A stretch of DNA of 64,000 nucleotides from a virus, in IMG/VR virus record IMGVR_UViG_3300037070_005035, positions 4,261 to 68,260 of that record. One strand, given 5' to 3'. Positions 47,793-56,360 of the stretch are shown piece after piece (within the stretch, counting starts at the first letter, position 1; every line of letters begins with the position of its first letter). Under the pieces are notes generated by a model. That model ran no database searches. It was given only the letters and a program-made list of their open reading frames with translations, and was not told where the DNA came from. The position numbers were made by a program, and so were the translations under genes.

Positions 47793-47848
47793 TGTGGAAC
47801 ACTATTCCACAGATGGCTACTTGCCAATTATAACCTGATTGGTATTAT
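47793..47848 (+). promoter_or_regulatory. Operator copy 6 (47793-47811) and promoter TTGCCA...TGGTATTAT upstream of array 14
   Basis: TGTGGAA-CACTA-TTCCACA; GATTGGTATTAT identical to integrase promoter region. Confidence 0.55.
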
Positions 47849-47918
47849 TCTCACAGTGGCGGCCGAGTACCGAAAGCGGAAAATTCCCATGCGCGGAAAG
47901 GCCGCCTATTTTCTTCCT

Positions 47919-47988
47919 GACGTGACCTGACGTGACGTGACCTGACCAGATCCGACCAGACAGGATGTGACGAGACAAGACTTGATTT
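47919..47988 (+). repeat. GAC-NN pentamer array 14 (14 units)
   Basis: NN = (CT) GT CT GT GT CT CA CC CA AG GT GA AA TT TT. Confidence 0.88.
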
Positions 47989-48024
47989 TCTCATCCAGAC
48001 GGAATTCATTTAAGGCCAACTAAA

Positions 48025-48252
48025 ATGATCGACAGCGTCAATGGTTGCGAAATCTGCGGATGGAATCTTGGTTCTCTTGACTTAGATCCAGAAGCTGCTG
48101 ATGAAATCGACCAGCTAATGCTGGAAAGCCTTAGCCAGCCGAAAGCTCGCTGGACCTGCAGGCAGTGCGGAACAGTCCACAGGAAATTCCTCCAAAAACA
48201 GAAGCTGCGACCGCGTCTTGACCATTGCGTCTCTTCAACCATTCTGGTATGA
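48025..48252 (+). CDS. Small Zn-ribbon protein
   Basis: CEICG...CRQCG. Confidence 0.55.
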   Translation: MIDSVNGCEICGWNLGSLDLDPEAADEIDQLMLESLSQPKARWTCRQCGTVHRKFLQKQKLRPRLDHCVSSTILV

Positions 48253-48285
48253 TCCCGTCATCTCGAAAATGACCCCATCAGGACG

Positions 48286-49641
48286 GTGGCACGGATGGCC
48301 GGAAAAGGATCGATTACGGAAAAGTTCGTTGCCCTACTGCGGGAGAAATCGATACCGGGGGCGGACCTCTCCCTTGAATATCGCTTTCATTCCTCTAGAA
48401 TATTGAGATTGGATTACATGTTTTTAAATCTCTGTATTTTTGAGGAGAAAATGGGAAAGCCTGGACTGCACTTAACAGCCGTTTGTGAAATATGCAAAAG
48501 CACGTTTCGACAAGCAAGAATCGATCAGATTTATTGCAGTTCAAAATGCGGAGGCATTGCTTGGAGGAATCGAAACGAGGCAAGGATTGGGACTAGGACC
48601 GGGGTTCTACCCCCCAGATGCAGACAGTGCTTGTCCATATTCAAAAGAGAACGTCGCGGCCAGTTTTACTGCTCGAAAACTTGTTGTGAAAAATCGTACA
48701 GAGAACGACTGAAAAAGCGAAGCAAATACGGAAAGGGCAAGAGCTGGGCGAGCGGCACGATTAAAGTGGATCGAGCCGCCTGTGTTAAATGCGGAAACAA
48801 GTTTTACTGTCCACCAGTGAGACGGAGGAGGTCTGTATCTGGAGATGTGTTTTGTTCAGAAAAGTGCAGGGCTCTAGTGATCGCTGAAAAAATTAAGCGA
48901 AACCGTCCTGTCCTTGTGTGCTCGTGGTGCGGAATTGAATTCACGATTCCACAATGCCTTCGCGGCCGTCGCAAATTTTGTCGAGACGAGTGCCGTCGTG
49001 CTGCTAAATCAGCCAAGCCGAAAGCCTGCAAGCAATGCGGCAAAATGTATGTTGGACCAAATCAGAACTACTGCTCGATGGCTTGTTATGGATTATCAAA
49101 TACAAAATCCATCAAGGCGAAGGATAAGCAGTGCGTCTGCGAAACATGCGGGAAGAAATTTACCGGATCGTCTTACGACGCACTGAAAGGCATGTCGAGA
49201 TTTTGTGGCAGGCGATGCTTCGCGGCTTATAGATCAAAAACAGCCAGTGCATCACACAGCTACGCCAAGGGCGGACGCAGGACGGACCTTGACGGGTTAT
49301 ATGTTAGGTCGTCGTGGGAGGCGAATTACGCTCGCTATCTTAATTTGCGAGTCTCGCGTGGCGAAATCTCTGGGTGGAGTTACGAATCAGATACGTTCGA
49401 GTTTCACAAATACAAACGCGGCGTTCGATTCTATACGCCAGACTTCAAGGTCGTGCTGATTAACGGCGAGATTGAATATCACGAAGTGAAGGGCTACATG
49501 GACGGTAGAAGTGCAACGAAGTTAAAGCGAATGGTTAAGCACTACCCTGAAGTAAAGGTGGTACTGATTTGTAAGGAAGAGTATTGGGCAATAGAGCTCT
49601 CGCATAGTGCTGATATCAAACTATGGGAAAGAAAGAAATGA
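48286..49641 (+). CDS. Multi-Zn-finger PD-(D/E)XK endonuclease (homing-type)
   Basis: Six CxxC...(Y/F)CxxxC repeats; RSSWEANYARYL...YTPDF...HEVKGYMD nuclease domain. Confidence 0.8.
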   Translation: MARMAGKGSITEKFVALLREKSIPGADLSLEYRFHSSRILRLDYMFLNLCIFEEKMGKPGLHLTAVCEICKSTFRQARIDQIYCSSKCGGIAWRNRNEARIGTRTGVLPPRCRQCLSIFKRERRGQFYCSKTCCEKSYRERLKKRSKYGKGKSWASGTIKVDRAACVKCGNKFYCPPVRRRRSVSGDVFCSEKCRALVIAEKIKRNRPVLVCSWCGIEFTIPQCLRGRRKFCRDECRRAAKSAKPKACKQCGKMYVGPNQNYCSMACYGLSNTKSIKAKDKQCVCETCGKKFTGSSYDALKGMSRFCGRRCFAAYRSKTASASHSYAKGGRRTDLDGLYVRSSWEANYARYLNLRVSRGEISGWSYESDTFEFHKYKRGVRFYTPDFKVVLINGEIEYHEVKGYMDGRSATKLKRMVKHYPEVKVVLICKEEYWAIELSHSADIKLWERKK

Positions 49642-49934
49642 AGATTCTCTTCTATGTTATACCGGAAGGAAATTCCGTTAGTTACGCAAGCGAGTTCATC
49701 CCAAGAGTTGGAGAAAAGATTGTCGTCTTTTATCGTGACGATTCAGTTTCATTCAAAGTATTGGAAGTCGCACATTATGTTGATCGCGCCGTGAACGAAG
49801 TGGAAGTTGTGTTGAAGGTCAGGAAGTTGGAAGCGGCGGCCGAGATGGTCAACGAGTTGCTTTGCCTGCCAATGGAACAATTTGTCGAATTGCACCAAAA
49901 AGTGGAGCGTCTTGATGGCCGCAAGAATCATTGA
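49638..49934 (+). CDS. Hypothetical protein
   Basis: ATGA overlap; IPRVGEKI. Confidence 0.5.
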   Translation: MKILFYVIPEGNSVSYASEFIPRVGEKIVVFYRDDSVSFKVLEVAHYVDRAVNEVEVVLKVRKLEAAAEMVNELLCLPMEQFVELHQKVERLDGRKNH

Positions 49935-50133
49935 AGTGTTTCAACCAGGTTGCCCGGTAATGATAGGCGAAGGTGTTCGGGCCATCATTACTGGAGTTTC
50001 AATTCGCGAGCATTGTTACGTCCAGTACGAGTGTTCGTGGTGGAATGGACGCGATCATAAATGTGAATGGCTGGCGCAAATTGAAGTGGCGAGAATGGAC
50101 GAGTCGGAATCAATCAAACTAGGGTTTTTATAA
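49915..50133 (+). CDS. Small SH3-like protein
   Basis: ITGVSIR...YECSWWNG...KLGF. Confidence 0.5.
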   Translation: MAARIIEVFQPGCPVMIGEGVRAIITGVSIREHCYVQYECSWWNGRDHKCEWLAQIEVARMDESESIKLGFL

Positions 50134-50152
50134 TCGAAAGGAAACGCATTGA

Positions 50153-50407
50153 ATGAAAGTTCTACCCACTAACGGCAAGGTCGTATTCGCCTCCGACGAC
50201 TTGCGATGTATGGACAAACACATCGACTACTTGTTCGCCATCGAGCGGCAGTTCACCAAGGAGTCGGCCGTGCTCTCCCGCGCCCAGTCAGCCCGCAACG
50301 CCGTGATGGAACTTCGCAAGGAAGTCTCCGTCTTGGTCAACGGCAAGGTCAAGCCCGACCTGCGGCAGCGGGACCTGCTTCAGGATCGCGAGGAAGAAAC
50401 CGTATGA
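50153..50407 (+). CDS. Hypothetical protein
   Basis: AAGGA RBS. Confidence 0.5.
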   Translation: MKVLPTNGKVVFASDDLRCMDKHIDYLFAIERQFTKESAVLSRAQSARNAVMELRKEVSVLVNGKVKPDLRQRDLLQDREEETV

Positions 50408-50664
50408 TGGCGGAGCTGAAGGCTTACAACGAGTCTCTCGACATCGCGCTGGAGGATTACATGTCCGGCGACGGCACGTCCTTCGAAGAGCATTGTGATA
50501 AATGGGGATTGTCAGACAAGATTCCAAATCATCCACTGGCCAAGCACGGAGCGATTATGAAGATGGTCACAGCCAGGACATCGCTTCCGATGGAGATTAG
50601 GCGAAAGGCCAAGGTGTGGCTGGTTGAGAATGGCTTCAGATCGTGGGATGACGGGGACGTTTGA
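50404..50664 (+). CDS. Hypothetical protein
   Basis: ATGA overlap (MMAELKAY). Confidence 0.5.
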   Translation: MMAELKAYNESLDIALEDYMSGDGTSFEEHCDKWGLSDKIPNHPLAKHGAIMKMVTARTSLPMEIRRKAKVWLVENGFRSWDDGDV

Positions 50665-50667
50665 TTC

Positions 50668-52161
50668 ATGGTCGAGCTGACTGATTTGGAATTCTTGACC
50701 GGCGCGCGGATCGCCGATTTGCCAGTCGAGCTGATCCGCCACTTGATTGCGGCCAGCCCCCTCTCACTGGGTATGGTCGCCAGGGATGGGCGGATCAAGC
50801 CGCACATGCTGCATCAGCATATCGACCGCCATTTCCTGGCCCTGGGCTACGAGCCGGATAAGCCCAAGCGGATGAGCTTGAACATGCCGCCGCAGACTGG
50901 CAAGACATCGAGTCTCATCCACTTCATTATCTGGCACATCTACCGGCACCCGAATCGCCGGATCATGTACATCACGTACGGAGACAAGCGGGCCATCACC
51001 GTGGGCGTCGATACCAAGGGGGTTTTCCAGGAGACGCTCGGCAAGTACATGGGGCTGGAGCTGGATGCTGATTTAGCTTCCCGCAAGGAATGGAAGCTAA
51101 AGGGATTCCATGGCGGATTCATCTCGCGCGGCATCAACGAATCGATCTCCGGCTACGAAGCCGACTTGATCATCTTCGACGATCCGTACAAGGATAGCTC
51201 GGATGCTTGGTCGGCTACGATGCGGGAATTCATCTGGAATCAGTGGAATGCCATCGTCCGATCCAGGCTCAGGCCGCACACCATGATCATCTGCTGCCAC
51301 ACCCGCTGGCACCAGGAGGATCTGACGGGCGAGCTGGACCGGCTGGAAGAAGCGGGCGGCGACCAGTGGCAACGGCTGAGGGTTCCAGCCATTGCCGACC
51401 AGGGCGACGTCTATGATAGTTTCGGCGAACTAATAGTGGCCGAAGGCATGAGCCCAGAGTGCGAGATCAGCCCGGAGTTCTTCGCGCTCCAGCAGCTCAA
51501 CCTGCCGACGTTCATCTGGGAGGCGATGTTTCAGCAGCGGCCCTCCGCGCCGAGTGGTGTTCAGTGGGGGACTAACTGCTTCCCACCGGAAGTCTTCGTG
51601 GACGAGTTCCCGACTTGCCTAGAGATCGCGATCGGTGTCGACCCGGCTACTGGGAAGGATCTCAGTGACGGCGACTACGCGGCCATCGTCTGCGTCGGCC
51701 AGCGTGGCGACGGATTTTTGTATGTCGACGCAGAGATCCAGCGCGGCGGTCCTTCTGATACCATCGATCTCTTGATTTCATTTATCCGCAAGCTCCATCA
51801 GACGGTCAGCATGATCGGCATTGAAAGCATGTCATTCCAGGATTTTATTCGCCAGATCGGTATGGAGCGATTGATTTCTCACGGTATCTACTCGCCCGTC
51901 AAGGGCATGATGCCGACCATGCGTGATCTCCGCACTGGCAAAGACGTTGTGGTCGACAAGGAAACCCGCATTCAGAGCGGATTGGATTATTGGATCATGG
52001 GCAAGCGGCTGCGGTTCGTCCGTGGCGCCGGTACCAGTCTCTTGGTGAAACAGCTCGAATCCTTTCCAATGAAGGGAAACAAGCGTGATGGTCCCGACGC
52101 CCTGGAGATCGCCCTGCGGACTCTCCGGGACTACCGGCTCATCCAGGAGGGAATCATCTGA
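50668..52161 (+). CDS. terL: Terminase large subunit
   Basis: MPPQTGKT Walker A, LIIFDDPYKD Walker B, TRWHQEDL, FQQRP, GVDPA and DGPDAL nuclease motifs. Confidence 0.92.
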   Translation: MVELTDLEFLTGARIADLPVELIRHLIAASPLSLGMVARDGRIKPHMLHQHIDRHFLALGYEPDKPKRMSLNMPPQTGKTSSLIHFIIWHIYRHPNRRIMYITYGDKRAITVGVDTKGVFQETLGKYMGLELDADLASRKEWKLKGFHGGFISRGINESISGYEADLIIFDDPYKDSSDAWSATMREFIWNQWNAIVRSRLRPHTMIICCHTRWHQEDLTGELDRLEEAGGDQWQRLRVPAIADQGDVYDSFGELIVAEGMSPECEISPEFFALQQLNLPTFIWEAMFQQRPSAPSGVQWGTNCFPPEVFVDEFPTCLEIAIGVDPATGKDLSDGDYAAIVCVGQRGDGFLYVDAEIQRGGPSDTIDLLISFIRKLHQTVSMIGIESMSFQDFIRQIGMERLISHGIYSPVKGMMPTMRDLRTGKDVVVDKETRIQSGLDYWIMGKRLRFVRGAGTSLLVKQLESFPMKGNKRDGPDALEIALRTLRDYRLIQEGII

Positions 52162-52372
52162 TGACCAAGCGCACTGTCGACGACCGCCGCGGCATCCTCT
52201 ACGAGAAAGAGTACATCGAAATCATGCCCCACGATAAGTTCCGCGAATGCTTTTTCAATCAATGTGTATTCACCGGCCTGGGCGGAGGAAAGTTCATCCG
52301 CTGCCGGGTGGTCCATTGCTCAAGCATCACCAAAGAACAGATCATTTGCGAACAGTGCGAGATCAAATCGTA

Positions 52373-52711
52373 ATGCTGGACCTGCTTCTGTTATCCCTGT
52401 TCACGTTCCGGATCGCCAACTTATTCTCCAAGGAAGATGGCCCCTGGGATATGTTCAAGGGCCTACGGTGGTTGGTCGATGATACAAAATTCTTCAAGAA
52501 CCTGCTGGATTGCTTCAAGTGTACTTCGGTGTGGGTGGCCGCTGGACTGGTCGCCTGTTACGATCCGGGCGACTGGGTCAGGATGACTTTCGTCGTATCC
52601 GCCGGCGCTATGGTCATTAAGGTCATCTACGATTGGTTCGACCATGCCGCCGACCTCCAGGAAATCATGGTGAAAAGTGCCACTCCGCCCGTACCAACAG
52701 AAGACAGTTGA
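52373..52711 (+). CDS. DUF1360-like membrane protein
   Basis: FRIANLFSKEDGPW...LLDCFKCTSVWVA. Confidence 0.7.
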   Translation: MLDLLLLSLFTFRIANLFSKEDGPWDMFKGLRWLVDDTKFFKNLLDCFKCTSVWVAAGLVACYDPGDWVRMTFVVSAGAMVIKVIYDWFDHAADLQEIMVKSATPPVPTEDS

Positions 52712-55253
52712 GCAGCTCCTGCATCTGGTTCACGGACCCAGCCGGATACCTCACTGCGTCTTCGGCCCGACCGGTTCTGGTAAGTCGCACATCATCCGCG
52801 AGTTCATCGCCCATGCGCATGTCCCGACCGTCGTCTACACCAACCGCAAGCTTCTCTTTGACCAGATCCGTGACCACCTGGCCACTGCGGGAGTGGTGGT
52901 CGGTCTTCGTGCCGCCGGCCATGACAAACGACTACTGGAAGATATCCAAGTCGCCATGGTCCAAAGCGAGACCAAGCGGGTCGCCATTGGCCAGCACCGT
53001 ATGCACAGCGCCAAGCTCGTGATCGTCGACGAAATCCACGATAATTGCCAAGGCGGCATTTTGGCTTTGATGCAACAGCACATTCAGCAAGGCGCCTTGG
53101 TTGTCGGCTTCACCGCTACGCCGCTGGACATCAACCACATCATTAAGAAGATCATCGTCTCGGTGACCTACGACGAGTGCTATCAGAATGGCTGGCTGCT
53201 GCCTTGCCACATCTATGAAGTGCAGCGCCCGGATAACAAGTGGATCAAGAAGGTTCCGGTGGGTGAAGTGCTGATCGAGGGGAAGTATCGGGTCCAGTTT
53301 CGGCAACAGATTGTGGGCCGCGTGCTGGATGCCTATCGCCGTCTCAACCCGCTCCAAGTTCCAACGCTGCTCTTTGCCCCTGATCGTCCCAGCGCTACTT
53401 GGTTCGCGCAGCAATTCTGCGACGAAGGAATTAAAGCGGCTGCCATTGATGGACAAAAGTGCTGGGTGGATGATCGCGACTTTCACGGTACGAAGAAGCG
53501 GGAGGAAATCATCCAGCGGCTGAAGGATCGCGACATCAAGGTGGTCTGCAATCGCTTCGTGCTCACCACGGGCGTCGATATCCCGGAGGTCGGCCACGGC
53601 ATCTGCGCGACTCCATACGGATCAGTAAAGGTGTTTAGACAAGCTTTCGGAAGGATTTTGCGGCCGCACCAGACGCTCAGAAACAGCGTATCCTGGGCTG
53701 ATCACGGCGGAAATTGTCTCGATGAAATCACAGAGGTGCTTACCAGCAACGGATGGAAGTCACGAGTTGCAATCGACCAATCCGATCTTGTCGCCGCTTT
53801 CAATCCGGAGGACTATTCCGTCACTTGGCAGCCAATCAATGAAATCATCAACCGGACATTGCGTGATGGCGAAGAGATGTTCGAGGCCGTTGGTAGGCAA
53901 TGCGATATTCGTGTTACATCAGGACATCGCATGGTTTTCAAGAAAAGAAAGAACGCTGGTCGATTTGTCTATTACCCATGCTCGTTCCAAATCGAAACGG
54001 CAAAGTATCTTTTCGACGGCGGAAGAAGATTTAAGCTTCCAGTTTCAGGTTATCAAAAAGCCCCTGGTGTTCCATTGCGCGATTGTGAAATTGAATTTCT
54101 CGGCTGGTGGATAACAGACGGGAATCTGTACAGGAATGAAATTGTCATTGGCCAGGCAAATCACCAGCCGCACTTCAAGAGATTGGTGAAGTGTCTTGAC
54201 GAATGCGGGTTTAGTTATCGCCAAGCGGTCGTTCCAGCACTTGCGAGGACAATTCACGGCCGCCCAGCCATGTTTCGTGAAACAACTCGATTTGCGATTC
54301 CAAAGGGAAATTCCCTTTCGCGTCCACGTTCAGGCTGGGAACATCTCGAACCCTACCTCGACAAGAACCTATCGCCTCTGTTGGAAAATTTAGACCACAG
54401 GCAGTTTGAGATCTTTCTTCACGGCTGTCATCTAGGCGATGGAGACAAGAAAAAAGGAACAGGTGGGTCTTATCGCATTGCAAAAGGTTGCAAGGCATTC
54501 ATCGAGAGATTGCAAAGCTTGTCCGTCAGGCGGGGCTTTAAAGCGAATTTAAAAGTCGAAGAATTCATAGATCGCAAACCAATGTACTGTTTGAATATTC
54601 AGAAAAAGACTGACCAAAACATTCTTGGCCCAAGTGCCAGTGTTGGCCAGTGTTATTGGAGGCGATCCACCACCACTCCAGGTGAACGAGTTTGGTGCGT
54701 CTCAAATCCAATCGGGACTATCTTCATTCGCCGGAACGGCAAGGTGGCGGTAGTTGGCAACTGCTTCCGTCTGGGCGACCCGCGCGTCGATATTGATTGG
54801 ACTCAGACCCCGACTGACCTTGTCATCCAAGATACGATCAAGGAGCGGATGAAGAGCAAGCCGGAGAGCGAGCCGATCATTTGTCCCAACTGCCACGAGA
54901 TGCGATTCCCAGGAGAGAGCCAGGAATACAACATGGTCTGTCCGGCCTGTGGATTCGCCGCCAAGGGTCGTGTGCATCATGTGCTGCAGGTCGACGGTAC
55001 GCTGCTTCGCAAGACCGGCTACTACTATCCCAAACGGCGAGTGGCCTCGGAGGATTTGCGTGACAAGTGGCGGAAGTGCTTTTACCGCTGTAAGAACAGT
55101 GGCCGCACGATCGCACAGGCCCGCGCGCTCTTCAAGTACGAGAACTTTTGCGAGCCTGACCCGAACTGGCCGCTGATGCCGAAGAGAATGATCGATCTAA
55201 GGCGTAAGATAAAAGATATCCCCAAGGAACATCTTGTGGAGGATACGAAATGA
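52677..55253 (+). CDS. Superfamily 2 (YejH-like) helicase with Zn ribbon, interrupted by an intein
   Basis: LRPYQ, GPTGSGKS, DEIH, TATP, TGVDIP, QAFGRILR; CPNC...CPAC. Confidence 0.9.
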   Translation: MPLRPYQQKTVEQLLHLVHGPSRIPHCVFGPTGSGKSHIIREFIAHAHVPTVVYTNRKLLFDQIRDHLATAGVVVGLRAAGHDKRLLEDIQVAMVQSETKRVAIGQHRMHSAKLVIVDEIHDNCQGGILALMQQHIQQGALVVGFTATPLDINHIIKKIIVSVTYDECYQNGWLLPCHIYEVQRPDNKWIKKVPVGEVLIEGKYRVQFRQQIVGRVLDAYRRLNPLQVPTLLFAPDRPSATWFAQQFCDEGIKAAAIDGQKCWVDDRDFHGTKKREEIIQRLKDRDIKVVCNRFVLTTGVDIPEVGHGICATPYGSVKVFRQAFGRILRPHQTLRNSVSWADHGGNCLDEITEVLTSNGWKSRVAIDQSDLVAAFNPEDYSVTWQPINEIINRTLRDGEEMFEAVGRQCDIRVTSGHRMVFKKRKNAGRFVYYPCSFQIETAKYLFDGGRRFKLPVSGYQKAPGVPLRDCEIEFLGWWITDGNLYRNEIVIGQANHQPHFKRLVKCLDECGFSYRQAVVPALARTIHGRPAMFRETTRFAIPKGNSLSRPRSGWEHLEPYLDKNLSPLLENLDHRQFEIFLHGCHLGDGDKKKGTGGSYRIAKGCKAFIERLQSLSVRRGFKANLKVEEFIDRKPMYCLNIQKKTDQNILGPSASVGQCYWRRSTTTPGERVWCVSNPIGTIFIRRNGKVAVVGNCFRLGDPRVDIDWTQTPTDLVIQDTIKERMKSKPESEPIICPNCHEMRFPGESQEYNMVCPACGFAAKGRVHHVLQVDGTLLRKTGYYYPKRRVASEDLRDKWRKCFYRCKNSGRTIAQARALFKYENFCEPDPNWPLMPKRMIDLRRKIKDIPKEHLVEDTK
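53715..54761 (+). mobile_element. Intein (349 aa) with LAGLIDADG homing endonuclease
   Basis: DHGGN|CLDEITEVLT...VTSGHRM...LGWWITDG...FLHGCHLGDG...VWCVS...VVGN|C. Confidence 0.92.
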
Positions 55254-55573
55254 GGACTCTCGATAATTTGACCTGTCCGCAGTGCAAGTCTCTGTTCGTG
55301 AATTTCTCATTCCATAGCGGCTATCCACTGGGTCACGGGAAGCTGCATCGGTTCATGGATCTTGGCGAGCTATGTCTGACCATCCAGACGCAAATCCCGA
55401 TTGCCGAGCCAGTCGAAGGGAGGCGGATTGGTCGCTACAAGGTAGGCAGCTATTTCGTCCGGGTCGTGCGCGCCATAGGCTGGAGAAACGCCGCCAGGTT
55501 ATTCGAGGCTGGCGAGTGTGTGGCCAGATTCAAGTCAATCAAAAGCGGATTCGGACTCTACGAAATAGTCTGA
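55250..55573 (+). CDS. Hypothetical protein
   Basis: ATGA overlap with helicase; GGAGG RBS. Confidence 0.5.
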   Translation: MRTLDNLTCPQCKSLFVNFSFHSGYPLGHGKLHRFMDLGELCLTIQTQIPIAEPVEGRRIGRYKVGSYFVRVVRAIGWRNAARLFEAGECVARFKSIKSGFGLYEIV

Positions 55574-55587
55574 AAGAACTGGTAATC

Positions 55588-56013
55588 ATGGATCATCACA
55601 ACTCGCGATCACACCTTTCTCCCAGGACCCAGGAGGATAGGAAAGCTTCCAAGCGGACTCGCTCCGAGCTACGGATGAGGGCCTTGGCGCTCACCAACGC
55701 CTGGGACATGCCGGCTGATCTACAGCAGGAAATCGTGTCAGAGATGCGTAACATGCTCAACAACGGCACGCCCAAGGAGAAGTACCTGGCCGCTTGTACG
55801 TTCATCAAGATGGGCGAGATGAATGTCAAGCTCTGCTCGCTGGATGACGAAGAGGAGACTGGCACGGTCAACCTGACTCAAGTCAATATCTCACCCGAGA
55901 ACGCACCTCAACTGCACCGCATCCTGGAGCAGATATCCGGCATCAAGCGGGCGGTGGCACCTGTCGAAGAGATTACGCCGGACACGGACCAGTCACTTCC
56001 AGAAACACACTGA
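55588..56013 (+). CDS. Helical protein, possible terminase small subunit
   Basis: Size and helical core followed by VNLTQVNI strand; weak inference. Confidence 0.35.
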   Translation: MDHHNSRSHLSPRTQEDRKASKRTRSELRMRALALTNAWDMPADLQQEIVSEMRNMLNNGTPKEKYLAACTFIKMGEMNVKLCSLDDEEETGTVNLTQVNISPENAPQLHRILEQISGIKRAVAPVEEITPDTDQSLPETH

Positions 56014-56239
56014 ACATATTGGCGTGAATCTCGGGCAGGCAGAACGGCGCCATGCCCGGATTGATGACGAGTAGCTTCCCGCCGGGAATGGCCAATGATC
56101 GGGAGATGACGACACTGGATTTGACTGATACCATCACCCTCGCGCCGGGCGCCGTAATGGCCGCTGGCTCCATGGCCAAGCTCTTGGGAGTTGATCGCGG
56201 GGCCGCACGAGCAGCCACACCCTGTCCGCAACAAGCCAT
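55973..56239 (-). CDS. Hypothetical protein (MACCG N-terminus)
   Basis: GGAGG RBS. Confidence 0.5.
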   Translation of the reverse strand: MACCGQGVAARAAPRSTPKSLAMEPAAITAPGARVMVSVKSSVVISRSLAIPGGKLLVINPGMAPFCLPEIHANMFSVFLEVTGPCPA

Positions 56240-56242
56240 GGG

Positions 56243-56350
56243 TTACCTCCAGGAGTAGCCTTTCTTCTTCTTGGTTGATCGTTTCTTGGTCGCGACCTTG
56301 CGACTGCCGCAGGTCTTACATTTCTTCTTGATCATGAATTTACCAGGCAT
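56243..56350 (-). CDS. 35-aa highly basic peptide
   Basis: MPGKFMIKKKCKTCGSRKVATKKRSTKKKKGYSWR after AAGGAG; below track cutoff. Confidence 0.5.
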   Translation of the reverse strand: MPGKFMIKKKCKTCGSRKVATKKRSTKKKKGYSWR

Positions 56351-56360
56351 TTGATTCTCC

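Noticed and set aside
38245-47988. Canonical CRISPR array
   Set aside because: No 25-45 bp repeats separated by unique spacers; the period is 5 bp and no cas1/cas2 is present
38245-47988. Arrays as simple microsatellites or replication iterons
   Set aside because: NN positions are diverse rather than homogenised, arrays are polar with a fixed tail, and several encode gene-like information
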